This document shows positions 9,700 through 21,124 of a stretch of DNA of 64,000 bases, one piece after another (positions within the stretch are counted from its first letter, which is position 1; each line of letters begins with the position of its first letter). The notes under the pieces are model-generated. The model did no database searches. It was not told the DNA's origin and was given only the letters and a program-made list of their open reading frames with translations. Source of the stretch: an uncultured delta proteobacterium (GTDB taxonomy: Bacteria > Desulfobacterota > Syntrophia > Syntrophales > UBA5619); contig CAWFOM010000005.1 of assembly GCA_963817385.1 (NCBI GenBank), positions 448,001 through 512,000 of the forward strand, written 5' to 3'. The translations under genes and the position numbers were made by a program.

Positions 9700-10711
9700 C
9701 TTTTATCCACAGCCGTTGGCGGCCGGAACATCCACTGCCCCCCTATTGAGCGCCGTGATCTGCACCTATAATCGGGCGGAATTGCTGGCCATGGTGCTGG
9801 AGAGTTTGTGCCGGCAGTCTTTGCCCCGCGAGCAGTTCGAGGTCGTCGTCATTAACGATGGCTCAACGGACGACACCGAGGGCGTCGTCCGTTCCTTCAA
9901 GGGCAAGCTGCCTCTGCGCTCACTCTTTCAAAAAAATGCGGGCTTAGCGGCGGCCAAAAACCATGGCCTGTTTGCCTCACGCGGTGACTTCGTTTTGTTC
10001 CTCGACGACGACGATGTGACGACCGAAACCTTGCTCGAGGAGCACGTGAAGACCCATCGGGAATATCCGGCGGAACAATATGCGGTTCTCGGCCATACCC
10101 GCCTCGGTCCGGAGATCGCCGCCAAACCCTTGATGCATTTTGTGGTCGAGGTCGGTTGTTTTCTTTTTTCCTATGTCAGCCTGAAGCCCGGAGAACTCCT
10201 GGATTATACATATTTTTGGGGGGGACGTTCGTCCTGCAAGCGCTCTCTTCTGCTGGAACACGGTGTATTCAATCCTGTGTTTCGATTCGGTTGTGAAGAC
10301 ATTGAGCTTGGTTACCGCCTGGCCAAGCAGGGTTTGCGGGTTGTCTATAACGAGCAGGCGGTATCGGTGATGGTCCGCGATATCGATTTCGCCGGCTTTT
10401 GTCGCCGTCTCGAGCGCCAGGGCAACTCAAACTATGTATTCAGCCGGTTGCATCCGGTGCCGGAGATCGTCCATTGGACCGAGACCGGGGACGCAGACAG
10501 CATCTGGCAGAAAGTCGATGGGCAATATGAAAAGATCATCAAGTCGGCTGGGCACCTTGACGAGATCGCCAATCTGAAATTGGCCTACGGTTTTGAGTTG
10601 GATGCCACCACATTGGGTCTTCTGCACCGCGGTTATCGGGCGGCATTCAAGGCTTGTAAGGTGAAGGGGATAATTGAAAAGAAAAGGGAGCTAAATAGTC
10701 CATGTGGCTGA
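9692..10711 (+). CDS. GT2 glycosyltransferase
   Basis: SAVICTYNR, INDGSTD, FLDDD and GCEDIELGYR motifs. Confidence 0.9.
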   Translation: MSDFYPQPLAAGTSTAPLLSAVICTYNRAELLAMVLESLCRQSLPREQFEVVVINDGSTDDTEGVVRSFKGKLPLRSLFQKNAGLAAAKNHGLFASRGDFVLFLDDDDVTTETLLEEHVKTHREYPAEQYAVLGHTRLGPEIAAKPLMHFVVEVGCFLFSYVSLKPGELLDYTYFWGGRSSCKRSLLLEHGVFNPVFRFGCEDIELGYRLAKQGLRVVYNEQAVSVMVRDIDFAGFCRRLERQGNSNYVFSRLHPVPEIVHWTETGDADSIWQKVDGQYEKIIKSAGHLDEIANLKLAYGFELDATTLGLLHRGYRAAFKACKVKGIIEKKRELNSPCG

Positions 10712-11265
10712 CGACGAAAATCAGAAAGCACAGGGACATCATGACGATTGCTCTGGCGTTGATCGGCGTTGTCTTGATGTTTTTCTACTCTGTTTGCGAC
10801 ACATCCTGCACCTATCTGAAGGGTGATATCTTTGGAATTGATCTGAAATACATAGGCATTGGGTATATGCTGGCGATCATTGCCTGCACTTTGTCCAAGC
10901 AAACGGCCCTAGTCCGCATTTTATTGGCATCGGGGATCGGTGTGGAAGTTTATCTTGTTGCCTTTCAATTCAGAGAAGACGTCTTCTGTCCCTTCTGCAT
11001 TGCCTTTGGTGCTACCGTTGTCTTGGCATTCACCTTACATTACGAAAAGCCGCAGGCAAGGGGTGACTGGCGAAGACGAATCATCTACGGACTCGGTGAG
11101 ACGGAGCTCCCCCTGATAGGGGGAAAAGGGATGCCCCTTCTGCTGTTTGTGATTCTTGGCTATCTCTTTGTGGTTCTGACCTTTTCCGGTTCCGCCACGC
11201 CCGCCTATGGAGCGGAGAGACCACCATCAGCGCTACCTATGGTAAAGGCCGTTGTACCATCATAG
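10702..11265 (+). CDS. VKOR-like membrane thiol-disulfide protein
   Basis: About five hydrophobic helices, loop cysteines CDTSC and a membrane CPFC motif. Confidence 0.6.
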   Translation: MWLTTKIRKHRDIMTIALALIGVVLMFFYSVCDTSCTYLKGDIFGIDLKYIGIGYMLAIIACTLSKQTALVRILLASGIGVEVYLVAFQFREDVFCPFCIAFGATVVLAFTLHYEKPQARGDWRRRIIYGLGETELPLIGGKGMPLLLFVILGYLFVVLTFSGSATPAYGAERPPSALPMVKAVVPS

Positions 11266-11394
11266 AGTTCATCGGAATGACTGGTTGATGGTTGTACTGG
11301 AGGCCCTTCTTTTTTTATCAACCGAGTCGTCTGAGCATCAACTCATGTCAGCCAACACCACAGACTCATTTATGAGTCTTAAAAGGAGATCCTG

Positions 11395-12303
11395 ATGAGT
11401 CTGAAGATCACTTTGCGCCATGCCGCTAAGCGTTTGATTTGGCAGAGCTTCAGCTGGAAGCAACGCCATTTTCGTGTCGGGCGTCATGACATAGTTTTGC
11501 CGCCATATCACCTCCTTGATTTGTACGTGCGTTTGTTCCCCACTTACAACCAACCGATCTCGACCATTAGTTCGGTGTTGTCTGATTGCCAGCCTGGTTT
11601 TGCAGCAGCGGATATAGGCGCAAATATAGGAGATACGGCTGCATACATTTGCCTAACTCAGGATATTCCGGTTTTATGCATTGAGGGTAATCCGCAATAT
11701 TTCAATGTACTAAGCGCGAATTGCTCCAGTCTGGGCAAGCATATTGAGATGGAAAAAAGTTATGTTGGGTGTGGAACGGAGGTAATGGATTGTTCGCTGG
11801 TTCAAGATCACGGCGGAACAACCACCTTGCTGCCAGCATTTAAAAAAAAAGTTGACCAGCAAAACTTACAAAAGCTCAGTAATCAGAATTCTTTATTTCT
11901 CCCGCTTCAGCAAATTTTGGAGCGCCACCCATGCTTCACTAACATTAAGCTTCTTAAGACCGACACTGATGGTTATGATTTCGCTATTTTAAAAGGATCT
12001 ATAGATGTGCTGGAGAGGTGTCAGCCTGTGCTTTTCTTCGAGTATGATCCATCTTTCTCAACCGATTCTGAAGAATCCCTGCAATGCATAAAAACGCTTT
12101 TAGGCTTGGGCTATTGCTATTTCCTGGCCTTTAATAACCTCGGTGTTGCTTCTCACGTTTTAAAGGATCTCTCAGACTTTGCCCGGACTAATCGTTACCT
12201 GAAGGACTGTCGATGTTACGGAGAATATCCTGTGTTTTATGACATCTGTGCAGTGCATCAAACTGATCAGGACATCTATCAAGCTATCACGGCTCGTGTC
12301 TGA
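11395..12303 (+). CDS. FkbM-family methyltransferase
   Basis: DIGANIG, LLKTDTDGYD and PVLFFEY motifs. Confidence 0.85.
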   Translation: MSLKITLRHAAKRLIWQSFSWKQRHFRVGRHDIVLPPYHLLDLYVRLFPTYNQPISTISSVLSDCQPGFAAADIGANIGDTAAYICLTQDIPVLCIEGNPQYFNVLSANCSSLGKHIEMEKSYVGCGTEVMDCSLVQDHGGTTTLLPAFKKKVDQQNLQKLSNQNSLFLPLQQILERHPCFTNIKLLKTDTDGYDFAILKGSIDVLERCQPVLFFEYDPSFSTDSEESLQCIKTLLGLGYCYFLAFNNLGVASHVLKDLSDFARTNRYLKDCRCYGEYPVFYDICAVHQTDQDIYQAITARV

Positions 12304-12341
12304 CCTAATTTGGCCGGGCGAACTCATCGGCACCATTGATC

Positions 12342-13757
12342 CTATATTATTAAAGATTTGATAGTCTTTCTAAACAAAAATCCGTAAAAATAAACGAGTG
12401 TGAACGAATAAACTATTAACGTAGTTAACGGTATCAATATTACTCCAAAATAATTAACGCCGATTATTTTTAATGGCAGTGTTAACAAACAAAATAAAAT
12501 TACTACAATAATTTGTTGTCTAACGATTTGCATTCCATTTAAGAACATTGCGAATGCGTTGCCGCAGCTTTCAAAAATCACTAAAACTGCAAACGTATAG
12601 ATAAATGGCTGCGGGACCTTTATTGTTCCATTGGTCCAGTAAAAAATGAGCCATTCACTGAATATTGAGATCAGAAAGACACCTGAAGTCGCGACGGTAA
12701 GGGTTAGCATCATGCTGCGCCATAACGTCTGCCGGATAAACGGCCTATCCCCTCTTGCCCGGGCGTCCGAGTATGCGCTCCATAGCGGTGCATTGACCGT
12801 AGCCAAAGGTTGAGTGATGAATTGAAATAACTTTTGGGTAACTGCATACACGACGACCGATGTTGCGCCTAATGTGCTGGATATAATCAAACTGTCGGCG
12901 CCCCATCCAATCATGGTTCCAATCTGCAAGACTAGAAATAGACTACCGGCACGTAACAATTTACTTCCTTCGATACTGGTCGAAGCTATTATCTCCCTGA
13001 TGCTGATTTGTTTTCGAACGAAAAGTAGTAATAGTAATGGGAACCCTGCTAATGATTGAATTCCCAAGGTGGCGGCAAGCAGTATCGTCACATCCGCCTT
13101 ACTTTTTGCGGCAACCCATAGTGCCATTATTGCAAGCAAGGAACTGATCGCGGCGACAAAGTTTCCTTCGAATGCGCGTTGGAGTCCCCAAAATACCCGT
13201 TGAATGCCGGATGTGAATAAATACAATCCAAATAACAATGCAAACAGCATGGCGGAGCGACGCGTTTCGAATACGAGTTGAGGGTCTGCCACTTTGATTA
13301 CCGCTGCCCACGGCAGGAGCGCCGCGAGCAGCAACATCAATACGGTTACCGTAACACCGATCAGCCCCAAAAATCCCAGGCCGCCGCTGATCGATTTCTC
13401 TAATTCGACGGGTTTGTCATGCGCTGCATTCTCTGCAATATGGTTAACGAGTGCATTGCCCACACCCAAATCGAGAAATGTAAGCATGCTGGCAAAGCTT
13501 GCGATCGTCATCCAAATACCAAACCGTTCGGTACCGAGGTAGGAAATGGTCCAATTTACACTTAACAACATGACGGCCATCGCCAAACCTTTGCTCAGCA
13601 GGTTCGAAATGGTTGACCAAGCAGCCCGACGATAGCGCTCTTGCGTTCGTCCTTCTTGGGTAGCCGTGTCGAATGGCTTGATCCGTAGGTAATGGCCGAG
13701 GCTAAAAAGACGCATCATTTTCTCAGAGTTGATGCTGTAATGAAATTGATAAGACAT
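12342..13757 (-). CDS. Wzx-type oligosaccharide flippase (MOP superfamily)
   Basis: About 12 TM segments, YLGTERFGIW and DLGVGNAL motifs. Confidence 0.8.
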   Translation of the reverse strand: MSYQFHYSINSEKMMRLFSLGHYLRIKPFDTATQEGRTQERYRRAAWSTISNLLSKGLAMAVMLLSVNWTISYLGTERFGIWMTIASFASMLTFLDLGVGNALVNHIAENAAHDKPVELEKSISGGLGFLGLIGVTVTVLMLLLAALLPWAAVIKVADPQLVFETRRSAMLFALLFGLYLFTSGIQRVFWGLQRAFEGNFVAAISSLLAIMALWVAAKSKADVTILLAATLGIQSLAGFPLLLLLFVRKQISIREIIASTSIEGSKLLRAGSLFLVLQIGTMIGWGADSLIISSTLGATSVVVYAVTQKLFQFITQPLATVNAPLWSAYSDARARGDRPFIRQTLWRSMMLTLTVATSGVFLISIFSEWLIFYWTNGTIKVPQPFIYTFAVLVIFESCGNAFAMFLNGMQIVRQQIIVVILFCLLTLPLKIIGVNYFGVILIPLTTLIVYSFTLVYFYGFLFRKTIKSLII

Positions 13758-14089
13758 TGCTTTTTCACGGTGGGAGTATAAGCAGAGCGGCCTTGTGTGT
13801 CAATTAAATATTCATGTGGAGTGTTGCGGCATCAAGGATTGGAAAAGGGTTTAGACGATGGCACAATAACTTTGACAGGAAGACCCCGGCTATGATTTAC
13901 TTCAACAGTAAGCCGCAGAAAACATGCTGCGGTATGAACATGAACCCGGGGCAGTTTCCCAATTATGAATCCCCGTTTCCGATTCAAACAAACGAGACTA
14001 CCGGAGAATATGGATATTTTCGTACGGCGGGACTTTGGTAAAATGCCATGATGGGCGCTGAAGCGACAAAAGCTGTCTGAGATAAAAGC

Positions 14090-15214
14090 ATGAAGATCGG
14101 GATCAATTTACTGTATTTGCTCCCCGGCGTGGTGGGAGGGACTGAGACCTATGCCGCCGGCTTGTTGCATGGGTTGGCCGAAATAGACGAGCGGAATGAA
14201 TATGTCGTTTTTATGAACCGCGAAAGCGAAAGATGGCCTCTCCCGCAGGCAGTGAATTTCACCCGGGTAGTCTGCCCGATCCGGGCTGCCGGCCGGACCT
14301 CCCGCTATCTTTTTGAGCAGGTGCGATTGCCCCGGCTGCTCGCTCAATACCACATCGATGTTGTGCACTCTTTGGGATATGTCGGCCCGTTAGTTGCCCC
14401 CTGTCCCTCTGTTGTAACGATACCTGATCTGAACTATATAACGTTGAAACGCACTATGTCGGGTGTGAAAAGAACCGCCTTGCGTTTTTTTTCAATACAG
14501 TCGGCGCAACGAGCCAATCATGTCATCACCATTTCCGATTTCTCCAAAAGAGAAATCTGCAGGACAATCAAACTACATCCCGATAAAATGACCGTGACGC
14601 ATTTGGGTGCGCTGAGGAATGGCGCTTCAAATTCTTCGGAAAATTGGACGGAATTAACCAGACGTTACCGTATCCGGGAACCCTATGTAGTTGCCTTTGG
14701 GGGGCGGACGCTGAACAAGAACATTCCCCATTTGATCCGAGCTTATGCTCTGATGAAGGATGCATTCCCCCATTCTCTTGTGCTTATTGGTCACATTCCA
14801 TCCAATGTGGATTTAGCAGCCGAGTCCAAAGAGATCCGGGATCGGGTTACCATTACGGGGTATGTACCGGAGGAGCATATCCTGCCGCTTTTAAGTCATG
14901 CCGATTTATTTGTGGCGCCTTCCCTGTACGAGGGATTTGGGTTGCCGGTGTTGGAAGCGCAACAGGCGGCTGTGGCGGTAGCATGCTCTACCGCCGGGTC
15001 GCTACCTGAAGTGGGCGGCGATGGGGCGATCTATTTTGATCCAACCTCGATCGAACAAATAGCCGACGCGATCCGGCGTTGTCTGGCGGATGCAAGGTTG
15101 CGGTCACAACTTATTCTGAAAGGACGAGAGAACCTAGTGCGCTTTTCCTGGGATAAAACAGCACGGGAAACGTTATCGGTATACCAAGACGTTTTCAAAC
15201 AAAACCATGAGTGA
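14090..15214 (+). CDS. GT4 glycosyltransferase
   Basis: PSLYEGFGLPVLEA and FSWDKTA motifs. Confidence 0.9.
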   Translation: MKIGINLLYLLPGVVGGTETYAAGLLHGLAEIDERNEYVVFMNRESERWPLPQAVNFTRVVCPIRAAGRTSRYLFEQVRLPRLLAQYHIDVVHSLGYVGPLVAPCPSVVTIPDLNYITLKRTMSGVKRTALRFFSIQSAQRANHVITISDFSKREICRTIKLHPDKMTVTHLGALRNGASNSSENWTELTRRYRIREPYVVAFGGRTLNKNIPHLIRAYALMKDAFPHSLVLIGHIPSNVDLAAESKEIRDRVTITGYVPEEHILPLLSHADLFVAPSLYEGFGLPVLEAQQAAVAVACSTAGSLPEVGGDGAIYFDPTSIEQIADAIRRCLADARLRSQLILKGRENLVRFSWDKTARETLSVYQDVFKQNHE

Positions 15215-15250
15215 GAAGATCCCCATATGACTTCTTATAGGGCATAGAGA

Positions 15251-16057
15251 ATGGAAATCTTGCGATTGGCCTCAAGAGAAGCACCTCTTGATTGCATTGC
15301 GTCGGTCATCCTGTATAAGAATCCTCCGGAGATGATTGAAAATGTCATCACGAGCTTTCTCGATACTAGCCTGAATGTTAAACTCTACATTATCGATAAT
15401 TCGCCGACACGCCTATCGCTTTCCCTTGAAAACAGACCAGCTTTCTACCATTATGCCGGACAGAATCTGGGGTACGGCAAGGCCCACAACTGGAGTATCC
15501 AACGGTGTGAACCGAGCAAATATTTCCTCATCCTCAATCCGGATGTGATCATATCCAAAGGCGTTATAGAAGAATTAAGCCAATATTTAGATAGGAATCC
15601 TGATGTCGGCATGGTTTGCCCAAGGGTGTTAAATAAGGATAATACACTCCAATATTTGAATAAACGGCAGCCAAATGTTACGGACCTCTTTTTGAGGCGG
15701 TTTTACGTCTATGATAAAATGTTTGATATTTTAAAACGACGCCTGGACCATTACGAAATGAGAGATGTCGGCTATAAGGACATCCATGAGGTGCCGTTCA
15801 TGACGGGGGCCTTCATGTTTTGCCGGACGCACGTCCTGAAAAAGGTTGGCGGCTTCGACCCAAGGTTCTTCATGTATTTTGAAGACGCCGACCTGTCCAG
15901 AAAATTTCAGAATGAAGGCTATAAGACGGTTTACTATCCCTATGTGAATATTACCCATCTCTGGCAGCGTGAATCCCAGAAAAGGTTGACAATGGCGCTT
16001 GTCTTTATTATCAGCGGCATGAAGTACTTTCATAAATGGGGGTGGAAACTGTACTAG
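15251..16057 (+). CDS. GT2 glycosyltransferase (WbbL/rhamnosyltransferase-like)
   Basis: NLGYGKAHN, LILNPD and GGFDPRFFMYFEDADL motifs. Confidence 0.85.
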   Translation: MEILRLASREAPLDCIASVILYKNPPEMIENVITSFLDTSLNVKLYIIDNSPTRLSLSLENRPAFYHYAGQNLGYGKAHNWSIQRCEPSKYFLILNPDVIISKGVIEELSQYLDRNPDVGMVCPRVLNKDNTLQYLNKRQPNVTDLFLRRFYVYDKMFDILKRRLDHYEMRDVGYKDIHEVPFMTGAFMFCRTHVLKKVGGFDPRFFMYFEDADLSRKFQNEGYKTVYYPYVNITHLWQRESQKRLTMALVFIISGMKYFHKWGWKLY

Positions 16058-16828
16058 ATGAAGATATCCATTATCACCGCTACGTGGAATAGCGCCGCTA
16101 CGATTGAAAACGCCATACTTTCCGTTGCTTCGCAAGGTTATCCCGACCTGGAGCACATCATTGTCGACGGCAATTCGTCCGATGCAACGCTGTCGATTAT
16201 TTTTCGCCATGCCGACAGGATCGACAAGCTTATTTCCGAACCGGATCATGGGATCTACGACGCGATGAACAAAGGGATCTCCCTTGCAACCGGTGACGTT
16301 ATCGGTATTCTCAACTCGGATGATTTCTATGCGCATCCTCATGTCTTGGAGAAGGTGGCCCGTGTTTTTGAAGATGAAAGCATCCATACGTGTTATGGTG
16401 ATCTGATTTATGTCGATCCGGCGAACGTGAAACGGGTCATTCGCTACTGGCGATCGGGCAACCACAACCCCCATAACTTTTACCAGGGTTGGATGCCGCC
16501 GCATCCGACATTTTTCGTGCGACGCTCGGTGTATGAAAAATACGGCAACTTCAATCTCTCATTGGGTACGGCCGCCGATTATGAACTGACATTGAGATTA
16601 CTCTTGAAATATGAGGTATCGACAACCTACATTCCGGAGGTCTTGGTCCATATGCGTTCGGGTGGGGCCAGTAACGCCTCCCTCAAAAGCCGGTTGGCGA
16701 CGATACGGATGGCGAATCTATCCTGGCAGGTGAATAATTTGAGACCGCATCCATGGACGCTGACATTCCGCCTTCTCTCCAAACTTATCCAATACACCCG
16801 GATGCAGGATGCAGTGATGCCGACATGA
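16058..16828 (+). CDS. GT2 glycosyltransferase (WcaE-like)
   Basis: MKISIIT, SEPDHGIYDAMNKG, LNSDD and PPHPTFF motifs. Confidence 0.9.
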   Translation: MKISIITATWNSAATIENAILSVASQGYPDLEHIIVDGNSSDATLSIIFRHADRIDKLISEPDHGIYDAMNKGISLATGDVIGILNSDDFYAHPHVLEKVARVFEDESIHTCYGDLIYVDPANVKRVIRYWRSGNHNPHNFYQGWMPPHPTFFVRRSVYEKYGNFNLSLGTAADYELTLRLLLKYEVSTTYIPEVLVHMRSGGASNASLKSRLATIRMANLSWQVNNLRPHPWTLTFRLLSKLIQYTRMQDAVMPT

Positions 16829-16880
16829 AAAGAGCGCTGCTCGTTTTTCAGCGATTCGAGCAGCATGAGGAGTCGTTGAG

Positions 16881-17889
16881 TTGAAGAATCATCCGCTGCG
16901 CATTCTGGTGACGGGAGCGACGGGCGCCGTGGGGCCGCGAGTAGTGGCGTCGCTTGTTGAGTCAGGCTATGGGATCAGGACCTTGTCCCTTGACCCACCC
17001 CCACGGGGGCTGTGGCCGGAGGATATCGAAACGCAACTTGGTGATATAACCGATCACTCCGTCGTTCATACGGCGATGCAGGGAGTCGATGTGGTAATCC
17101 ATCTGGCCGCGCTGTTGCATATCGTCAACCCGCCTCCTTCCCTGCAACCGGAGTACGAGCGGATCAATGTCGGCGGTACTGCCACTGTTGTTGAGGCCGC
17201 TCGGCAGGCCGGTGTCGGGCGCATGGTGTTTTTCAGTACGATTGCCGTCTATGGCGATTCCGCAGGAGTCATCCTGACGGAAGATTCACCGGCCCGGCCC
17301 GATTCGTTTTACGCGCAAACCAAACTTACCGCGGAGAGGATCGTCCTGGCGGCGAAACGGGCCGACGGCCGGCCGTTGGGGACGGTGTTGCGCCTCGGCG
17401 CCGTCTACGGAGGCCGGATCAGGGGGAATTACCGGCGCCTCCTCATCGCCCTTGCCCGGGGCCGTTTCGCTGCCCATCGGTCCGGGGACCAACCGCCGAA
17501 CCCTGGTGTATGACAAGGATGTAGGCCGAGCGGCCGTGCTGGCCGCCGTCCATCCGGACGCGGCCGGCCGGATTTTCAACGTGACCGACGGACAGATCCA
17601 CACCATGAACGCCGTCATCGGGATCCTCTGCGATGCCCTCGGCCGCAGGCCGCCGCGTCTGACGCTGCCGGTGAACACCATCCGCGGACTGGCCGGCATC
17701 CTGGAAGATGGCGCCCGGCTCTGCGGCCTCTCCTCGCCCGTGGTACGGGCGACGATCGATAAATATACCGAGGATGCGGCCGTGGATGGTCGACGTTTTT
17801 GCGAACAGTTAGGCTTTGTCCCCCGGTACGATCTCGCGTCGGGCTGGCGGGAGACGGTGGCCGAGATGCGGAAGTCCGGCGATTTATGA
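16881..17889 (+). CDS. NAD-dependent epimerase/dehydratase, split by a +1 frameshift near 17469
   Basis: VTGATG and YAQTK in ORF 16881-17513; continues in ORF 17452-17889 (LPIGPGTNRR). Confidence 0.8.
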
Positions 17890-17905
17890 AGATCCTGGTT
17901 GTACT

Positions 17906-19013
17906 ATGATGAATGATCTGACATCACTGTTCGAACAGATGGTCGTGCTGGTTGCCCAGTACCGGATAGAGCTTCTCTTTCTCGGGTGTGCGGCTTTGGG
18001 AGCAGCGGGTGCATGGCTCATTGCCGGCATGGCGTTTCGCGAACGTCTGCTGGATACCCCGAACGAACGCAGTTCCCATACCATTCCGACGCCCCGCGGC
18101 GGGGGCGTTGGGGATCCTGGCGGCCTTTATCATGGCGGGTCTCACGCTCCGGATTCCGACGACCTTCCTGTTTGCCGCGATCCTCATCTCCGCCGTGAGC
18201 TTTTTCGGGGATTATTTCCGGATCTCGGTAAAATTCCGTCTCGTCGTCCAATGCATCTCCACATGCATACTCCTGTTCCCTCTGCTGCCCCGCCTGACCG
18301 CCCAGTATGCCTTGTCGAGCTTTGGGTTTTCTCCGGTTATCTTCTTTCTGATCCTGCCGCTGATATTCATTTTCCTGATCGGGACGGCGAACTTCTACAA
18401 TTTCATGGATGGCATCAACGGCATTGCCGGTCTCAGCGGGGTAATCGGCTTCGGACTGCTGGGACTCTCCACCCTGTATCGGCCACCCCCGGATGCCTTC
18501 CAGAACGCACTGTCGCTGCTCTCGATATGCGTTTCCCTGGCCTGTCTGGGATATCTTCCGTTCAACATGCCCCGGGCCCGCGTCTTCATGGGGGATGTAG
18601 GCAGCATCCTCCTGGGGTTTGTCTTTGCCGGCCTGGTTGTGACGCTTTCCCGGAATTACCTGGAGATGGTTTGTTTTGCCGCGCTGCTTTTCCCTTTTTA
18701 TGCGGATGAATTGACAACCATGGTTGTCCGCATCCAGGACCGCGAGAATCTTACCCGGTCCCACCGCCGCCATTTATACCAGTTGCTGGTCAATGAGTTC
18801 GGCATCGCCCATGAGAAGATCTCCGCAGCGTATGGGGCCGTGCAACTGGCCGTCGGCGCCGGCGTCCTGATCGCTTATCCCCGCGGGGTGAGTGCGGTGT
18901 TGATTTTTCTGACGATGTGTTTCATCGGCTTTACGCTTCTGACGATCCATCTCCGGAAAATCGCGAATACGCGGAAGACTTCAGCCTCGGCAATCAGGAT
19001 AACAAGGACGTGA
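17906..19013 (+). CDS. MraY/WecA/WbpL-family polyprenyl-phosphate sugar-1-phosphate transferase, +1 frameshift near 18110
   Basis: DTPNERSSHTIPTPRGGG in the first frame; NFYNFMDGINGIA, FMGDVGS and HRRHLYQ in the second. Confidence 0.85.
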
Positions 19014-19020
19014 CTACGCC

Positions 19021-20920
19021 ATGAAGATGCATTTGAAAAATCCCCATTTTTATCTGATGCTCCTCGGTGATGCCATCCTCTTCGCCGGGGCCCTCGTCCT
19101 CGCCTATCTCTTCCGGTTCGAGTTCTCTCTGGACGCCTTCTTTGCAGAGCAGCTCAGAACAATCTGGATTCCGATACTCCTGGTGAAGCTCTGCACCTTC
19201 TTCCTGTTCGGTCTCTATAAAGGCATGTGGCGCTATACGAGCACCAGGGATTTCTGGCGACTTCTGCAGGCCTCAGCGACCGCGACGCTCCTGATCATGA
19301 CGTTCATCTTTATATTTTATCGATTTGAGGGAGGGTATTCCCGGGCCGTCTTCCTGATGGACGGAGGGCTCACGTTCCTGTTCACCGGCGGCCTGCGCAT
19401 GGCCATCCGCTCTTTTTTTACGATGCGGGAACGGGAGAGCCAGGGAGTCTTTTTCCCTGCCGCCCAGCGCAAACGGATCCTCATCGTCGGCGCCGGATCC
19501 GCGGGAGAGAAGATCCTCCGGGAGATCATCGAGAATGATCATCTCCGTTACGCGGTCGTCGGTTTCATCGATGACGATCGGAGGAAGCATGGCAGATCGA
19601 TCCATGGCATACCGGTTCTCGGATCATTGCATGAAATTGCCAGGATCGTGGAAAATCTATGATGTCAAGGAGATCTTGATCGCCATTCCTTCCGCCACGG
19701 GTGATCAGATACGCCGTATCGTCACTGTCTGCAAGGCTTGTCAGATCGCCTACAAGACCCTGCCGGGGATTGGCGAGATCATTGATGGTCGGGTCAGCAT
19801 CAAGGCCTTGCGGGACGTCAATTATGAGGATCTCCTGGGACGCACCCCCGTGCAGCTCGACATGGGGGAAATTCGAGGCTATCTCAACGGTAAAATCGTC
19901 CTGGTCACCGGTTGCGGGGGGTCGATCGGGGCTGAGCTGTGCCGGCAGATTCTTCACTTCCAACCGCAGATCCTGATTCTGGTGGATGCAAACGAGGCAA
20001 ACCTTTTTCATATCGAGATGGAGCTTCACAACGAGCCGCACGGTGATCGATGCCGGGCGGTACTGGGCCGCATCCAGGATGAAAAGCTCATGACGGCCGT
20101 TTTTGAAAAATACCGTCCCCAGGTGGTATTTCATGCGGCGGCTTACAAACATGTGCCCATGCTCGAAACAAACCCTTGGGAGGCGGTGGTTAACAACATC
20201 ATCGGCAGTCGCGTCATCATGGAGATGGCCCGGAAGCACGGGACGGAACGGTTCGTCCTCGTTTCCACGGACAAGGCCGTCCGACCGACGAACGTAATGG
20301 GGGCAAGCAAACGGGTGACGGAATTGCTCCTGCATGGCTTGCAGGGAACGGGCACCCGCTTCATGGCCGTACGGTTCGGCAATGTGGTAGGATCTTCAGG
20401 GTCCGTCATTCCGGTGTTCCGGAATCAGATCGAGCAGGGGGGACCCGTTACGGTCACCCATCCCGAGGTGAGGCGGTTCTTTATGACGATCCCCGAAGCC
20501 GCGCAGTTGATCCTCCAGGCGGGGGGGATGGGGCAGGGGGGAGAAATTTTTATCTTAAACATGGGGACACCGGTGAAGATTGTCGATATGGCGAGGGATC
20601 TGATACGGCTCTCCGGCCGGGAGCCCGATACGGATGTGAAGATCGTCTTTACCGGCCTCCGGCACGGCGAAAAACTCTATGAGGAGCTGATCACCGTCGG
20701 GGAAGGGATTGTTCCGACGAAACACGACAAGATCATGGTCCTTCGCACCGACTCTCCGGCCGGCTTTCCCCCGTCCAAGCAGGAGCAGGATGCCTTGCTG
20801 GATGCGCAACTGGCGGAGTTGTCCGTGGCGGCCGATCGTTTCGATGCCCCGGCGATCAAGCAGAAGCTCCGTGAAATCGTTCCCGAATACCTGCCGCAGG
20901 ATACCGCAAGCGTTCTTTAA
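19021..20920 (+). CDS. CapD/WbpM/PglF-family nucleotide-sugar 4,6-dehydratase, +1 frameshift near 19655
   Basis: N-terminal TMs, GAGSAG, TGCGGSIG, HAAAYKHVP, STDKAVRP and VRFGNV motifs. Confidence 0.9.
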
Positions 20921-20950
20921 GTGCCGGTTGTCTCCGACCGAAAGTGCCTG

Positions 20951-21124
20951 TCATGCGTCGAGATGCTTCGCCTCGTCGATGAGCATGATCGGGATATCCT
21001 CCCGGATCTCGTAGAGCAGACGGCAGCTCTCGCAGATGAGGCCGTCTTCCGCCTGATTCAAGCGCAGCTCACCTTTGCACTTCGGGCACGCCAATATCTC
21101 CAGCAGTTCCTTACTGACTCCCAT
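20951..21124 (-). CDS. ycaR: Trm112/YcaR (UPF0434) family protein, 57 aa, missing from the ORF track
   Basis: Hand translation: MGVSKELLEILACPKCKGELRLNQAEDGLICESCRLLYEIREDIPIMLIDEAKHLDA. Start overlaps the upstream stop (TGATG). Confidence 0.9.
   Translation of the reverse strand: MGVSKELLEILACPKCKGELRLNQAEDGLICESCRLLYEIREDIPIMLIDEAKHLDA

Noticed and set aside
18098..18113. G-rich run as a phase-variation tract in the WbpL-like gene
   Set aside because: The runs are short (4-5 G), encode the conserved RGGG motif and fit the window-wide +1 error pattern.
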